Assembly (NCBI GenBank): GCA_034506395.1
Contig: JAPDPQ010000003.1
Location: 162,818-226,817 of the forward strand
Reading direction: 5' to 3'
Length of the DNA: 64,000 nt
From: Candidatus Zhuqueibacterota bacterium
GTDB lineage: Bacteria > Zhuqueibacterota > Zhuqueibacteria > Thermofontimicrobiales > Thermofontimicrobiaceae
This document shows, piece by piece, positions 10,477 to 20,529 of the stretch (its first letter is position 1; the number at the start of each line of letters is the position of its first letter). The notes beneath the pieces are model-generated. The model had not been told where the DNA came from. It saw only the letters and a program-made list of their open reading frames with translations, and ran no database searches. The position numbers and the translations under genes are program-made.

Positions 10477-10839
10477 TCATTTGTTCACTTCGGATCCATG
10501 CTTGATCATGGGGATCCGAACGATCTCATACGGCGGATAGCTCATGTTCAATTTTGTGCGAGCAATGGAGACAATTCGATCCTCCCGAGATAGATGCAAT
10601 ACCCTGCCCTGCAACTTCTCGTTAGTCTCTTTGTAATAAGTGAGCTGCTTTTCCAATTGTTCGATTTCCTGGATCAATTGAGCGATCTTCACCTTTTGCC
10701 AGACCAAGCCGACGAGAATCAATGCGATGATCAGGATTCCGACCAGCACCAGCCACCGGCTGGTCGGCCGTGCCAATTCTTGCTGTACCTGATCAATGCT
10801 GCGAACCAATGTGCGACGACGTTTCACATAACCTGACAT
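10477..10839 (-). CDS. ftsL: Cell division protein FtsL (single-TM coiled-coil)
   Basis: 120 aa, basic N-terminus, one TM, coiled-coil region, located between rsmH and ftsI. Confidence 0.7.
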   Translation of the reverse strand: MSGYVKRRRTLVRSIDQVQQELARPTSRWLVLVGILIIALILVGLVWQKVKIAQLIQEIEQLEKQLTYYKETNEKLQGRVLHLSREDRIVSIARTKLNMSYPPYEIVRIPMIKHGSEVNK

Positions 10840-10860
10840 AATCGCTCTCTATGATTTCCC

Positions 10861-11793
10861 TTAAATTTTCTCAGCCGCCCTTAACTTGGCGCTGCGGCTT
10901 CTGGGATTGAGCGCAATTTCCTGGACGGACGGTCTTACTACCTTTCGGGTAAGCAAACGAATTGTCGGTTGTTTGCCACAGACACAGCTCGGCAGGTCCG
11001 CTGGACAAATACAGGGATTCGCTTGCTCACTGAAAAACTCTTTGACCAATCGATCCTCTAGCGAATGATAAGCGATGATCACTATTCGGCCACCAGACCG
11101 CACCAGACTGAGTGAGCTGGTCAAGAATCGGGATAAATGAGTCAATTCATCGTTCACTGCAATCCTCAACGCCTGAAAAACTCTGGCTAGGGTCTTGATC
11201 CGATGGGAGTGCGGCACGCTGGATTCGATGATCCTTGTCAATTGGCGCGTTGTAGCGATCGATTGTTGCGCTCGGTATCTAGCAATGGCGCGAGCGATCG
11301 CACGAGCCCGGCGCTCCTCGCCGTACTCCCTAATTATCTTTTCCAGCTCCGCAACCGAATATTGATTGATTAACTGAGCTGCTGTCAACGAACCATCGCG
11401 AGACATTCGCATGTCCAATGGTCCATCAGCATTGTAGCTGAAACCTCGCTCTGGCGTATCGATTTGATGCGAGGAAACTCCCAAATCCAATAAAATCCCA
11501 TCCACCAAATCAATATCGAGCGAATCCAAAATTCCTTTCAACTCCGCAAAATTGCCACGACATAACATCACTTGCGATCCGTAATGCGCAAGATTTCTTC
11601 CCGCCTCCTCCAGCGCCCGATCATCCCGGTCGATCCCAATCACCCGCCCGTTGGCTGTCAAACGATTCAAAATGGCTCGACTGTGTCCCCCAGCTCCGAC
11701 CGTCCCATCAATGTATATGCCCGATGGGTTGCCGATCAGGTAGGCCACCACCGCCTCTGTCAATACTGGGGTATGAAATTCCTGCGGAATCAC
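10861..11793 (-). CDS. rsmH: 16S rRNA (cytosine1402-N4)-methyltransferase RsmH (MraW)
   Basis: N-terminal HTPVLTEAV, SAM-binding GxGGH; position after mraZ; 4-bp overlap with mraZ. Confidence 0.93.
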   Translation of the reverse strand: MIPQEFHTPVLTEAVVAYLIGNPSGIYIDGTVGAGGHSRAILNRLTANGRVIGIDRDDRALEEAGRNLAHYGSQVMLCRGNFAELKGILDSLDIDLVDGILLDLGVSSHQIDTPERGFSYNADGPLDMRMSRDGSLTAAQLINQYSVAELEKIIREYGEERRARAIARAIARYRAQQSIATTRQLTRIIESSVPHSHRIKTLARVFQALRIAVNDELTHLSRFLTSSLSLVRSGGRIVIIAYHSLEDRLVKEFFSEQANPCICPADLPSCVCGKQPTIRLLTRKVVRPSVQEIALNPRSRSAKLRAAEKI

Positions 11794-12245
11794 TGACTTA
11801 ATTCGCTCGCTATTTTCTCTTCAAGATCAATGCCTGATTGCTCGATCTCCTGAATATATCTCTCTCGAATTTTAGGGTCCCATATCTCGATACGATTGTA
11901 GGCACCTACAATCTGAACGTCCTTCTCGATCCCTGCATATTCTAAAAATTTCGGAGGAATCGTGATCCGACCCTGCTTATCCAATGTCACATCAATCGAT
12001 TTCGACCCGAGCATCGACATATAAGCGCGATGCAACGGATCCGCCTCTGAGAGCTTATCTATGATTTCAATGATCTTTTTCTCATAAACATCCATCGGAT
12101 AAACATAGAGACATTTATCCCTGCCATATTGGATAATGTAAGTGCTATCGGCATTTTCAGATGTCGCCTTTCGAAATTTCGCCGGAATATTCACTCGGCC
12201 TTTATCATCTAGCGTATAAAAAAACTCTCCGATAAATAGTGGCAT
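11790..12245 (-). CDS. mraZ: Transcriptional regulator MraZ
   Basis: Two MraZ/SpoVT-AbrB repeats (DDKGRVNIPAKFR / DKQGRITIPPKF). Start at MPLFIGEF; the ORF extends to 12293. Confidence 0.9.
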   Translation of the reverse strand: MPLFIGEFFYTLDDKGRVNIPAKFRKATSENADSTYIIQYGRDKCLYVYPMDVYEKKIIEIIDKLSEADPLHRAYMSMLGSKSIDVTLDKQGRITIPPKFLEYAGIEKDVQIVGAYNRIEIWDPKIRERYIQEIEQSGIDLEEKIASELSQ

Positions 12246-12448
12246 CGTTTTTCGCCTCTCAGCTCCGATGAATGAAAAAATTGGCCCGCACAATCATTTT
12301 CAAAATTTTCTACTCAACGCCTATATCAATGCTTTCGCCCTTATGCCCATCCCTCCCTGTGCCGCCACCACTATTGCTTTAAAACTCTTCCATCAATCCC
12401 CCATTCCTTCATCAATTGGCCACACTTTCAACCATTTTTTTGGTTTTA

Positions 12449-12477
12449 TTACCCATTTTTACCCCTTTTCTCCCACA
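12449..12477 (-). promoter_or_regulatory. Candidate MraZ operator: three GGG-containing boxes at exact 10-bp spacing (rc GTGGGagaaaaGGGGTaaaaaTGGGT)
   Basis: Seen in sequence about 205 bp upstream of the mraZ start. MraZ proteins are known to bind direct GTGGG/TGGGN repeats with 10-bp periodicity upstream of mraZ. Confidence 0.4.
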
Positions 12478-12756
12478 ATTATACACTTTTTTTTTCTTAT
12501 TGTCAAGCAAAAAATGCAATTATTAAAAAATTTTTTCCCAAGCGAACGTTTTTTTTGAAGCCTTTCCCCTGGAATCGTTTCAGCTCTTGTTTGCAATTAC
12601 CATTTATGGTTCGGAAAAATCAACTATTTTTTGGACGATTATGGAGAACGGAGAGGACTCTTGTTATTTTTTATGGGGAATTTTGCACTGGCTGGAAATG
12701 AGATTTGTTAGGCGGGAACTGGCTCAGCCTCTCTTTCTTTCTTGGTCAATAAGAGC

Positions 12757-13221
12757 TCACAATTGCATTATAATGGTGTTAGAGGAGATATGAGGATAGC
12801 TCTTATTTTCATCAAGGACATGGATGACGCGCCATCCGAGCAGGACCAAATGATCTGCAATGAAGCGCCGATGACATCGGAAAAATAGTTTTTCAGCACA
12901 CATGATGGCCGTGCGCTTTGATTCAGCAATGGAGGTCAATTGCTCGATCCCCTTTAAAAACGATTCACTTTTCATGTATTCCAGATAGCCTCCATTGCGA
13001 AAACCGCCTAAAGCATCACCTAACCAATGATATTCAACTCCACTTCGCGCGAGCTCGCACTTTAATTGCTCCAATTGATATTGTGGATTGGACTTTGAAG
13101 ACGGAAAGCGTCGGACATCGGCAATCACCTCGATGCCATATCGCTGAAGCAAATAAAGGAAATGCTCGATGGGATGAGTGGAGTGTCCAATTGAATAAAT
13201 TGTTTTCTTAATATCCGACAT
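12757..13221 (-). CDS. DUF488 (YeaO-like) family protein
   Basis: IYSIGHSTH...DVRRFP...YHWLGDALGG pattern typical of DUF488. The N-terminal 40 aa of the ORF (to 13341) looks non-coding. Confidence 0.65.
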   Translation of the reverse strand: MSDIKKTIYSIGHSTHPIEHFLYLLQRYGIEVIADVRRFPSSKSNPQYQLEQLKCELARSGVEYHWLGDALGGFRNGGYLEYMKSESFLKGIEQLTSIAESKRTAIMCAEKLFFRCHRRFIADHLVLLGWRVIHVLDENKSYPHISSNTIIMQL

Positions 13222-13491
13222 TAGCTGTTGAATTGAAATTTTTAATGGACCAGATCGAACTTTCTGACTTTTTGAAATACCTGAAAATCTTGTAAGCTTT
13301 TTTCGATCGCAACGACGTTTTTTTCCCAAATTAAAAATCATTGGCAGATGGCCATACTACCATTTTGGGACCGTTATTTAAGCGGATGGATAGGTTTCGT
13401 CATGAACCTTTGCTTAAGGGGACAATAAATTAGTGCATTTGCAATAGCCACTTTTTAGATCAATTCCATTTCGCGAAACAGCAGATAGTTT

Positions 13492-14157
13492 TTAAAACAG
13501 GCCTGTGCTCAAAGCGATGAGCAATTGGCCACTAAAATAGCAAGCCAGGCTTAGGCGATTGTACTTGAGTGGTCTTTTAAACTTATTGATGGCCAGGATT
13601 AAATCAGACAGGTAAAATAGTCCAGCCCCTAAAGCAATGGCCCAAGCTTGATTCGCATTGAAAAAAGTCCCAGAAAAAGTCGAGAGAGCGCGATGCATCA
13701 TAAAACTAATGACCAAAACATAGCACATGACTGGAAGCTTCATCTCTCCTAAGCCAGAATATAGGTAGATATAGATCAAGATTGCCAGCACAAGCAAAAC
13801 GATCGCGGTGACCCAATCCATGCGAACAAACCCGCTGTGTGCGGTAAAAACGATGGAATAGATGATATGCGTAATGAGGAAGAATACTAAACCAAATAAA
13901 AATGCCCGAGCAGATTTGAACATCAACGCAATATCCCCGGCAAGAGAAAAGATCAGACCGACGAGGATTCCAGAATTATAGCTTAAATGGTGGGGTTCTG
14001 GCGTGAACAAAGACAGCCCGGCAATGATGATTATTAGGACCGTTGCCGTGGGTTTAAAAATATAGATTTGTTTGATTTTCTCGGCAAATTCAGCCCGTAT
14101 AAGCAAGCTCACTACAAGGATCAGCGCTCCGATAAATGGGTAATAATAGATCGACAT
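13492..14157 (-). CDS. Polytopic membrane protein, YhhN-like (lysoplasmalogenase family)
   Basis: About 7 TM helices, 221 aa, FKPTAT N-terminal motif and overall resemblance to YhhN/TMEM86. Confidence 0.45.
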   Translation of the reverse strand: MSIYYYPFIGALILVVSLLIRAEFAEKIKQIYIFKPTATVLIIIIAGLSLFTPEPHHLSYNSGILVGLIFSLAGDIALMFKSARAFLFGLVFFLITHIIYSIVFTAHSGFVRMDWVTAIVLLVLAILIYIYLYSGLGEMKLPVMCYVLVISFMMHRALSTFSGTFFNANQAWAIALGAGLFYLSDLILAINKFKRPLKYNRLSLACYFSGQLLIALSTGLF

Positions 14158-14221
14158 CGATTTTTCCTATTTTATTTTGTAAGCGCGGATGAGCGTTTTG
14201 TCAGTCGCACCGGTGGGCGAG

Positions 14222-14773
14222 TCATCTACTCCAAAATTCGTGGCGCAAAATACCGTATAGCTCCACGTCTTCGAACTGGCCGAACTTTTTAAATTGCTGG
14301 CGCTGACATCCCTCGTATCTCATGTGTACTTTCTGCAAGACACGACCCGAGGCTGGATTGCTTTTAAAATGTCTCGCGTAGATCCGATTTAGCCCCAATT
14401 CTTCAAAACCGTATCGCAGGACTTGCGCAAGCGCTTCGGTGCAATAGCCCTGATTCCAATAGGGCTTTCCGATCCAATAGCCGACCTCACCGGTTTCATG
14501 CTCTTGACTAATGCTCGATAGCCCGATGGCGCCGATCAGATAATTTCCACTACGATGGATGATGGCAAAAATCACCTGCTCCATTTTGGCAAAAAGATCC
14601 GCGTGTTTACTGATCCACTTTTCTGCAACACCATCCTCATAAGGGTAAGGAATATTCAGTGTCCGGCGGGCTACCTCGTACTCGCCTGCCAATTTTTGGA
14701 CCATCGGGGCATCGGCCAGGGTGAAAGGTCGAAGTGTGAGACGGTTAGTTTTCAATTCAGGAATTGGATTCAT
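14222..14773 (-). CDS. GNAT family N-acetyltransferase (RimJ/RimL-like)
   Basis: LRPFTLADAP N-terminus, GNAT core (IGLSS...GEVGYWIGKPYWNQGY). Confidence 0.8.
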   Translation of the reverse strand: MNPIPELKTNRLTLRPFTLADAPMVQKLAGEYEVARRTLNIPYPYEDGVAEKWISKHADLFAKMEQVIFAIIHRSGNYLIGAIGLSSISQEHETGEVGYWIGKPYWNQGYCTEALAQVLRYGFEELGLNRIYARHFKSNPASGRVLQKVHMRYEGCQRQQFKKFGQFEDVELYGILRHEFWSR

Positions 14774-14790
14774 TTTGGTTGATTCGCTCG

Positions 14791-15576
14791 TCAGGTGATG
14801 ATTTTTTGATATTCCTTTTTGACCAAATTAGCGCCATATCTACGCTCCAGCCGCCGAATGGTAAAGTGGCCGCGAGCAATATTTTGAAAATGATCGATGA
14901 ATATCGTATTGATGATCGCGCCTCCAATTGCGCCAATGGTTGGAATTGCCATGGCTGCTGCCTTTTCCGTCACAACTACTCCGAATCGAGAGGCGATCAA
15001 TGCAATCAAGCGCACCAATACTGGGGCCCCATCTTCCGCTAAGCCGCGGCTGGCGATGTGTCGGGCAGCATCAGCGACCGCCTTGGAAAGGGCGGCTCGA
15101 ACTGCATAATAGCCGGTTTCGCTTGCGTTGTCTTGCTCAGTTGGCCCGCCAAGTGCAAAAATCTGTAAACAATTCAACATCGTCTCTGCGGAATTGATAT
15201 CTTCACCTTCAGCTCGCGCAATCTCTGCAATCGAACGTAACATGATCACAGTTGAAACTGGTAATTCCATCGCAAAACCCATCCAGCCGAACGCTCCCCC
15301 AGTAGCCCCCGAGGCTGCCACCGCGAGTTTGTGGAAAAGATCTGTGCGCCGAATCGGCCTGCCACTATCGATCGTTTTGATGGCTATCCGAAGTGCTTTC
15401 TCAATCGCCTTTCGAGTCGCTAATTGGATCAGCTGAGCCCAATTTTCAGGTAATAACTCCAAGCCCCGCTCAATTGGTAGGCCTAGTTTGTGACTAATTT
15501 TCGCAGCAAAGCTGGGGGACTCCAATAATCGCTTTGCCTCACGCAAAGCAGCAAAATCCTCAAGAGAAATTCTCAT
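14791..15576 (-). CDS. Hypothetical protein, possibly EcsC family
   Basis: Gly/Ala-rich segments (ASGATGGAFGWMGFA, IGAIGGAIIN) reminiscent of the EcsC family; weak. Confidence 0.35.
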   Translation of the reverse strand: MRISLEDFAALREAKRLLESPSFAAKISHKLGLPIERGLELLPENWAQLIQLATRKAIEKALRIAIKTIDSGRPIRRTDLFHKLAVAASGATGGAFGWMGFAMELPVSTVIMLRSIAEIARAEGEDINSAETMLNCLQIFALGGPTEQDNASETGYYAVRAALSKAVADAARHIASRGLAEDGAPVLVRLIALIASRFGVVVTEKAAAMAIPTIGAIGGAIINTIFIDHFQNIARGHFTIRRLERRYGANLVKKEYQKIIT

Positions 15577-15976
15577 GCGTCAGACATAATTGCTTTTCAA
15601 TATTGTTAAAAAGTTGCCTGATTTCACTGTGCTCTCATTTATTCATTCAGTGGTTACCATGAGCGCTCTGATCAAGCAAAACCAACATAAATTTCATCCC
15701 ATTTTAGAATATTTCATTGGGCTTCAACTCATCTCTTAGCCCTATTTAACATCTATTAATCAAAAGAAATTGATTCAATCTATCCTGCTTTAGAGGAACA
15801 GGAGATTGCAGGGACATTTAAGGTCGATAATGTATAACTCTCCTGCGATATTTATTTCTACCAGTGAGCAAGGTAATTTGTCAAATTATTTTAGAAACAT
15901 CATCGAATTTGTGAGGTCTACGTCTTTTACATCGCGATGCTCCACCTTCTCTAAATTATCAGCAACATCTTTGTAT

Positions 15977-15998
15977 CTGCTGAAGCAGCAATGTTTTT
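15977..15998 (+). terminator. Hairpin (tgctg-aag-cagca) followed by TTTTT on the plus strand inside a 500-bp gene-free gap
   Basis: Seen in sequence; it would terminate a plus-strand transcript although the flanking genes are on the minus strand. Confidence 0.3.
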
Positions 15999-16071
15999 CT
16001 TAATGCATCAAAGCACCATGATGATCCATGAATGTGAGGGATGAGAACGAAGTGCTTCGTCTGGTGCCTTT

Positions 16072-16506
16072 TTATTCCAGACCCAATTTAAAGGCTTTTT
16101 CGATCACTTCTCTGGTGACTTCGGGAATATCCAGATCTGCTAATTGATCCCGAGAGAACCAATGGGCTGCAATGACATCGGATTGGGGTTTCAGTTCACC
16201 TGAAACGAACTTAGCCAGATAGTCGATCAGCACGTAGTGATATTTGATTTTTCCTTCGGCATCTTGAAGAATCAAATCGACTACCGAGATGACGTCCAGG
16301 GGTTCGATATCGATATTACATTCCTCTTTTACTTCGCGAATACCAGCATCACGAACGCGCTCGCCGAGCTCTACCAGGCCACCTGGGAGCGACCATAAGG
16401 ATTTGGCGGGCTCGTTGCCGCGCTTCACAAGCAAGATTTGTCCTTCAGAATTAAATGTAATAACGCCCACTCCAACCAGCGGCGCCGAGGGATAGCTCCG
16501 TGTCAT
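16072..16506 (-). CDS. NUDIX hydrolase
   Basis: Nudix box GGLVELGERVRDAGIREVKEECN. Confidence 0.9.
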   Translation of the reverse strand: MTRSYPSAPLVGVGVITFNSEGQILLVKRGNEPAKSLWSLPGGLVELGERVRDAGIREVKEECNIDIEPLDVISVVDLILQDAEGKIKYHYVLIDYLAKFVSGELKPQSDVIAAHWFSRDQLADLDIPEVTREVIEKAFKLGLE

Positions 16507-16522
16507 TCGTTGTCGGTCCTAA

Positions 16523-17200
16523 TTAGCTAAATTTCTTTTTGAATTGAGGGAAATTTAAGATCGTAACCTTTCGGCCAGTGCGCTGAATCCAATTTTCTTG
16601 CTGCAATTGGCGGAAAACGCGAGAAATGGTCTCTCGGGAAGTTCCTGCCATATTCGCCAGATCCTGTTGCAATGGAATGCGGGGTATGACCACCATTTCT
16701 TTGTTGAACCTTCCTTGATCTTCAGCCAGCAGAATGAGAGATGAAGCAACTCGGCCCATCGCATCCTGGAGCGAGAGGCTCTTAATTTGCGTGTCGCTCT
16801 TCCGAATCCGGCCAGCTAATTCCTTCATCAAGCTGATGGAAATCTGGGGATATTCCTCCAATAATCTCAAAAAGTCCGCGCGGCGCAGAATTAATACCTC
16901 GGAATCCTCAATAGCGGTTACGCTGGCTGAACGAGCCTTCCCATCGATTAACGAAAGCTCTCCGAAAAAATCGCCATGCTGAAGAATCGAAAGGATCACT
17001 TCTCGGCCATCATCAGTCGTTCGCGATACTTTCACCCGTCCCTTTTGAATGAGAAACAGGGTGTTGCCAGCCTCTTCCTCGATGAAAATGATCTGGTCCT
17101 TGTCATAATGCTGCGTTACACATAGTTTGCGAATTCGCTCAAGATCATCCTCACTCAATTTGGAAAAAAGCGGTACTCTTTTTAACAAATACGTTTCCAT
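16523..17200 (-). CDS. Crp/Fnr family transcriptional regulator
   Basis: cNMP-binding domain plus C-terminal HTH (SRETISRVFRQL). Confidence 0.85.
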   Translation of the reverse strand: METYLLKRVPLFSKLSEDDLERIRKLCVTQHYDKDQIIFIEEEAGNTLFLIQKGRVKVSRTTDDGREVILSILQHGDFFGELSLIDGKARSASVTAIEDSEVLILRRADFLRLLEEYPQISISLMKELAGRIRKSDTQIKSLSLQDAMGRVASSLILLAEDQGRFNKEMVVIPRIPLQQDLANMAGTSRETISRVFRQLQQENWIQRTGRKVTILNFPQFKKKFS

Positions 17201-17463
17201 GTGCCCTCCCCAATGAGTGGTTAGCTTCACGAATTAAAAGATTGATCAATAAAACATCTCTATTCAGAAACTTTGTCCCAACGCTGCCATGTGATCCAGA
17301 TTTATGCTCACTTCATAAGATGCCAGAAGTTTTTCGCAACATGAACAATCGAAGAAAATACAAACGTCACTTCTGCGAAAGCAGGGGTTTCCTCGCATTT
17401 CTTAACTACCATGCAAAATGATACCGAGATCCATGAGGTGTGACTCTTTGATTCACGCCATAG

Positions 17464-18096
17464 CTATCTGGATTCGGTTCGATCGAACTCTTCGAGCATT
17501 TGATAAACAGCATCCATCACCATGTTGGCTTGCTGTTGCAACTGGTCTTTGTTTTCCAGGGAGACTTCAATTTTTTCTAATTGGATCGGCTTTCCCACAC
17601 GGACCCGGACCTTGGCAGGTCGCGGGAACCAGGCTTTCGGCGGCAGAACTCGGTCCGTGCCCCAAATTGCCACTGGAACGACTGGAGCCCCAGTAAGCTG
17701 CGCCAGACGAACGAACCCGGTCCTCGGTCGTAAGCGTTCCCCAGGCTGTTTTTTTCGGGTCCCTTCTGGGGCCATAAAAAGGATTTCGCCGTTTTTTAGT
17801 AGGTTCAAAGCATGTTCAAATGCAGCTTGATCCGAAGCATCGCGAACTACTGGGAACATATTTACAGCTTTGAGCCACCATTTTAGCACTGGCACGCGAA
17901 ACAGCGAATCCTTAGCCATGGTATGAACTCGATGCTTTATCACCAGAGCCATGGCGACAGCATCAAGATTGCTGTTGTGATTGACCACCCCAATGTAAGG
18001 CCCTTTTTCTGGGAAATTTTCTCGGCCATATCCCTTTCCCCTAAGATAGATCTTGGCAAAGAGCTTAAGTATGAAAGCTGAAATCCAATAGATCAT
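17464..18096 (-). CDS. plsC: 1-acyl-sn-glycerol-3-phosphate acyltransferase
   Basis: HxxxxD motif (NHNSNLD) and PEGTR motif. Confidence 0.85.
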   Translation of the reverse strand: MIYWISAFILKLFAKIYLRGKGYGRENFPEKGPYIGVVNHNSNLDAVAMALVIKHRVHTMAKDSLFRVPVLKWWLKAVNMFPVVRDASDQAAFEHALNLLKNGEILFMAPEGTRKKQPGERLRPRTGFVRLAQLTGAPVVPVAIWGTDRVLPPKAWFPRPAKVRVRVGKPIQLEKIEVSLENKDQLQQQANMVMDAVYQMLEEFDRTESR

Positions 18097-18208
18097 ATTA
18101 GACCGATGAATTAGTTTATTGCACTCATGTTTTATTGAAGATTAAAAATTAAACATTCAACTGGATAAAATCAAGCATATTTTTTTTCAGATGAAAAAAT
18201 ATCATCAA

Positions 18209-18805
18209 TTAGCGATATAAACCGAATTCATAAATATAGCGCTCAACCTTGGCAGGGACGAGTTCAGTGATGGGGAGGCCCTCTCTGATGCGCTGACGGA
18301 TTTCTGTTGCAGAAATAGATATCAAGGGAGAGGATAAAATGATGGCATGCTGCCGATACACTGTTTCTGCTTTGGTTAAATCGACATTGGGCCGTTGCAG
18401 CACTACCAATTGGCAATTGGCGATGATTTTATAGGGGGATCTCCAATTCTTGAAATCGATTAGGCTGTCTGCGCCAATAATCAAATAAAGATCCCGACGC
18501 GACAAATTAAACTTCTTCTTGAAATAATAAATCGTATCAATGGTATAGGAAATCCCCCCTCTTTGAAGTTCTATGTCGGAAACCTCAAAATCGGGAAAAG
18601 ATTCGATGGCAAGTTGGACCATGCGATAACGGTGAGTCGCATTTGTTAAGGGCGTCTGTTGTTTGTGCGGCGGAATGGCTGCTGGGATGAAAATGATTCT
18701 CTCTAAGCGCAGTTTCTCTTTGGTCCAGTTGGCTAAAAGAAGATGACCGTTGTGAATCGGATCGAACGATCCACCAAATAATCCGATTTTAATCGCTCCC
18801 TCCAT
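18209..18805 (-). CDS. nadD: Nicotinate-nucleotide adenylyltransferase NadD
   Basis: GLFGGSFDPIHNGH signature. Confidence 0.9.
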   Translation of the reverse strand: MEGAIKIGLFGGSFDPIHNGHLLLANWTKEKLRLERIIFIPAAIPPHKQQTPLTNATHRYRMVQLAIESFPDFEVSDIELQRGGISYTIDTIYYFKKKFNLSRRDLYLIIGADSLIDFKNWRSPYKIIANCQLVVLQRPNVDLTKAETVYRQHAIILSSPLISISATEIRQRIREGLPITELVPAKVERYIYEFGLYR

Positions 18806-18853
18806 CCCTGGCAATGACTGGGGTTTCGCATCTACCAGGTCTGCCAGAACATT

Positions 18854-19618
18854 TCACTTGTTATCAGTTTTCAGAATAGATAAGAACTCCTTGGCTCGAG
18901 TGCTTTTGCTGCCTTGCGGATATTTTTCCATGTACAGCTTATAGAATTTCTGGCTGTGATCGATTTCACCTAACAAGCGATAACATTCTGCCTTTTGCCA
19001 AAGTGATAGTTCTGCATATTTGGTGTCATAATAGTTATCGAGTACATAGTCATAATATATCAGCGCAGCACGATAGAGCGCGCGCTTCCGGTATGATTCG
19101 CCATTCTTAAAATTCTTCAGCGCTAGCTTCTCACGACATTTTCTCATGTATTCTTTTGCTCGGGGGGCTAATTCGCTTTGTGGGAAATCCTCTAAAAATT
19201 TCTGAAATTCCTCAATCGCTTTTTCAGTGTATGTCTGATCCAACGCTGCCTTTGGTGATAATCGAAAATAACTCAATCCGATCTGGAATTGCGCATCGTC
19301 TACATATTCGCTATTGGCGTACATGCGGATCAATTTCTCATATTCAGCTATCGCTAAAATGTATTCCTTCAATCGAAAATGACATTCTGCATAATAGAAT
19401 TGGGCCTTGTCGCTCAAACTCCCGCCTGGCGAATTCAGAATAACAATCCGAAACTGGGTTCGGGCTTCCAAATAATCACCATCGTTGAACAATTTCTCTG
19501 CGACTTTCATCCGCTCTTCGATGGATATATTCGGCCTAATCTTCTGTCGGCTGCATGTCGCGACAACAATTATTATCAATAACACCCAGATCGTGTAATA
19601 CTGAAAATTGTGTCTCAT
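18854..19618 (-). CDS. bamD: Outer membrane protein assembly factor BamD (TPR lipoprotein)
   Basis: Lipoprotein-type signal (VVATCS), TPR repeats, BamD-like sequence arrangement. Confidence 0.6.
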   Translation of the reverse strand: MRHNFQYYTIWVLLIIIVVATCSRQKIRPNISIEERMKVAEKLFNDGDYLEARTQFRIVILNSPGGSLSDKAQFYYAECHFRLKEYILAIAEYEKLIRMYANSEYVDDAQFQIGLSYFRLSPKAALDQTYTEKAIEEFQKFLEDFPQSELAPRAKEYMRKCREKLALKNFKNGESYRKRALYRAALIYYDYVLDNYYDTKYAELSLWQKAECYRLLGEIDHSQKFYKLYMEKYPQGSKSTRAKEFLSILKTDNK

Positions 19619-19628
19619 ATAAATCCTT

Positions 19629-20261
19629 CTATTTGCTCCGCAACCGGAAAAATAAGTAGATGATGGTAGCAGTTGCCGCCGTTATAATCATCGGCTCGAG
19701 ATAAACTCTTAGTCCGTTTTGCTCGGGCAACTTGCCTTGAGTTAAAGGGATCGAACTATGCTCCAAATTCGACACGTCACGAGTTCGGACTTGATCCTCA
19801 AATCGTTGCTGAAACTCATCCACCCAAAGTACCTGACCAGACCTGCCTTCTGTGGCGCGCATTTTGAGATGCAGCTTTATGCCCCGCTGAATGAATTTTT
19901 TTTGCATCCCTCGAGCATAATTCACAGAGAAATCGAGAATCTGATAATCCAGAATAAAGGTTGGGATTGAATCGCTTTTCTCCAGATAGATGGTCGTTAG
20001 ACCGCGTTGAAAGAAATTTTTGATGATCCCATTCTCAACCAATAATTTCGTATCATTGGGAGAATTGTACGGTGACCGAATCAAAATCGAAATGTTTTGT
20101 CCCTTGGGCAGCCGCTCAAAAATTGTGTTGGCGATGGCATCGATCAGCTCGTTGCATACCGTCAGATTATCGGATGGCTGGCACCCGACTCGGCTGGGCA
20201 ATAGCTGAACACACAACCACAGCAGAAGCAGCGCCTTGTAATATTTGCTCCAGGCTCCCAT
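19629..20261 (-). CDS. Hypothetical exported protein with C-terminal TM anchor
   Basis: N-terminal signal peptide, no recognisable domain. Confidence 0.4.
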   Translation of the reverse strand: MGAWSKYYKALLLLWLCVQLLPSRVGCQPSDNLTVCNELIDAIANTIFERLPKGQNISILIRSPYNSPNDTKLLVENGIIKNFFQRGLTTIYLEKSDSIPTFILDYQILDFSVNYARGMQKKFIQRGIKLHLKMRATEGRSGQVLWVDEFQQRFEDQVRTRDVSNLEHSSIPLTQGKLPEQNGLRVYLEPMIITAATATIIYLFFRLRSK

Positions 20262-20529
20262 AAAATCAATTCATTGATACTCTATTAGGGTAATAAAGTT
20301 CCGCCTGCTTCATGCCAGATCATTTTGATTGCTCTCTTGCCATGATGCAAATTTGAAATTTTCACGTCTGCGAATCAACTGAATAACTCAAAAAAACCTA
20401 ATTTCGATGCGAGCCTCAAAGTAGTATTTGGAAGAGCTCGTGCGAGCCGACTCTCTGATCGCAAAAAGAATAGACCTTCAGATTTTTACAATTGACGGTT
20501 AAATAGGTATTGGTTCTTGGTTTCAGTTC

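Noticed and set aside
12268-12793. Plus-strand ORFs of 96 and 68 aa in the mraZ upstream region
   Set aside because: They have low-complexity translations (poly-Phe/His from T-runs), no RBS, and sit in the expected dcw promoter leader.
13222-13341. N-terminal 40-aa extension of the DUF488 ORF
   Set aside because: The DUF488 domain begins at MSDIKKTIYSIGHS; the upstream residues are highly basic and low-complexity.
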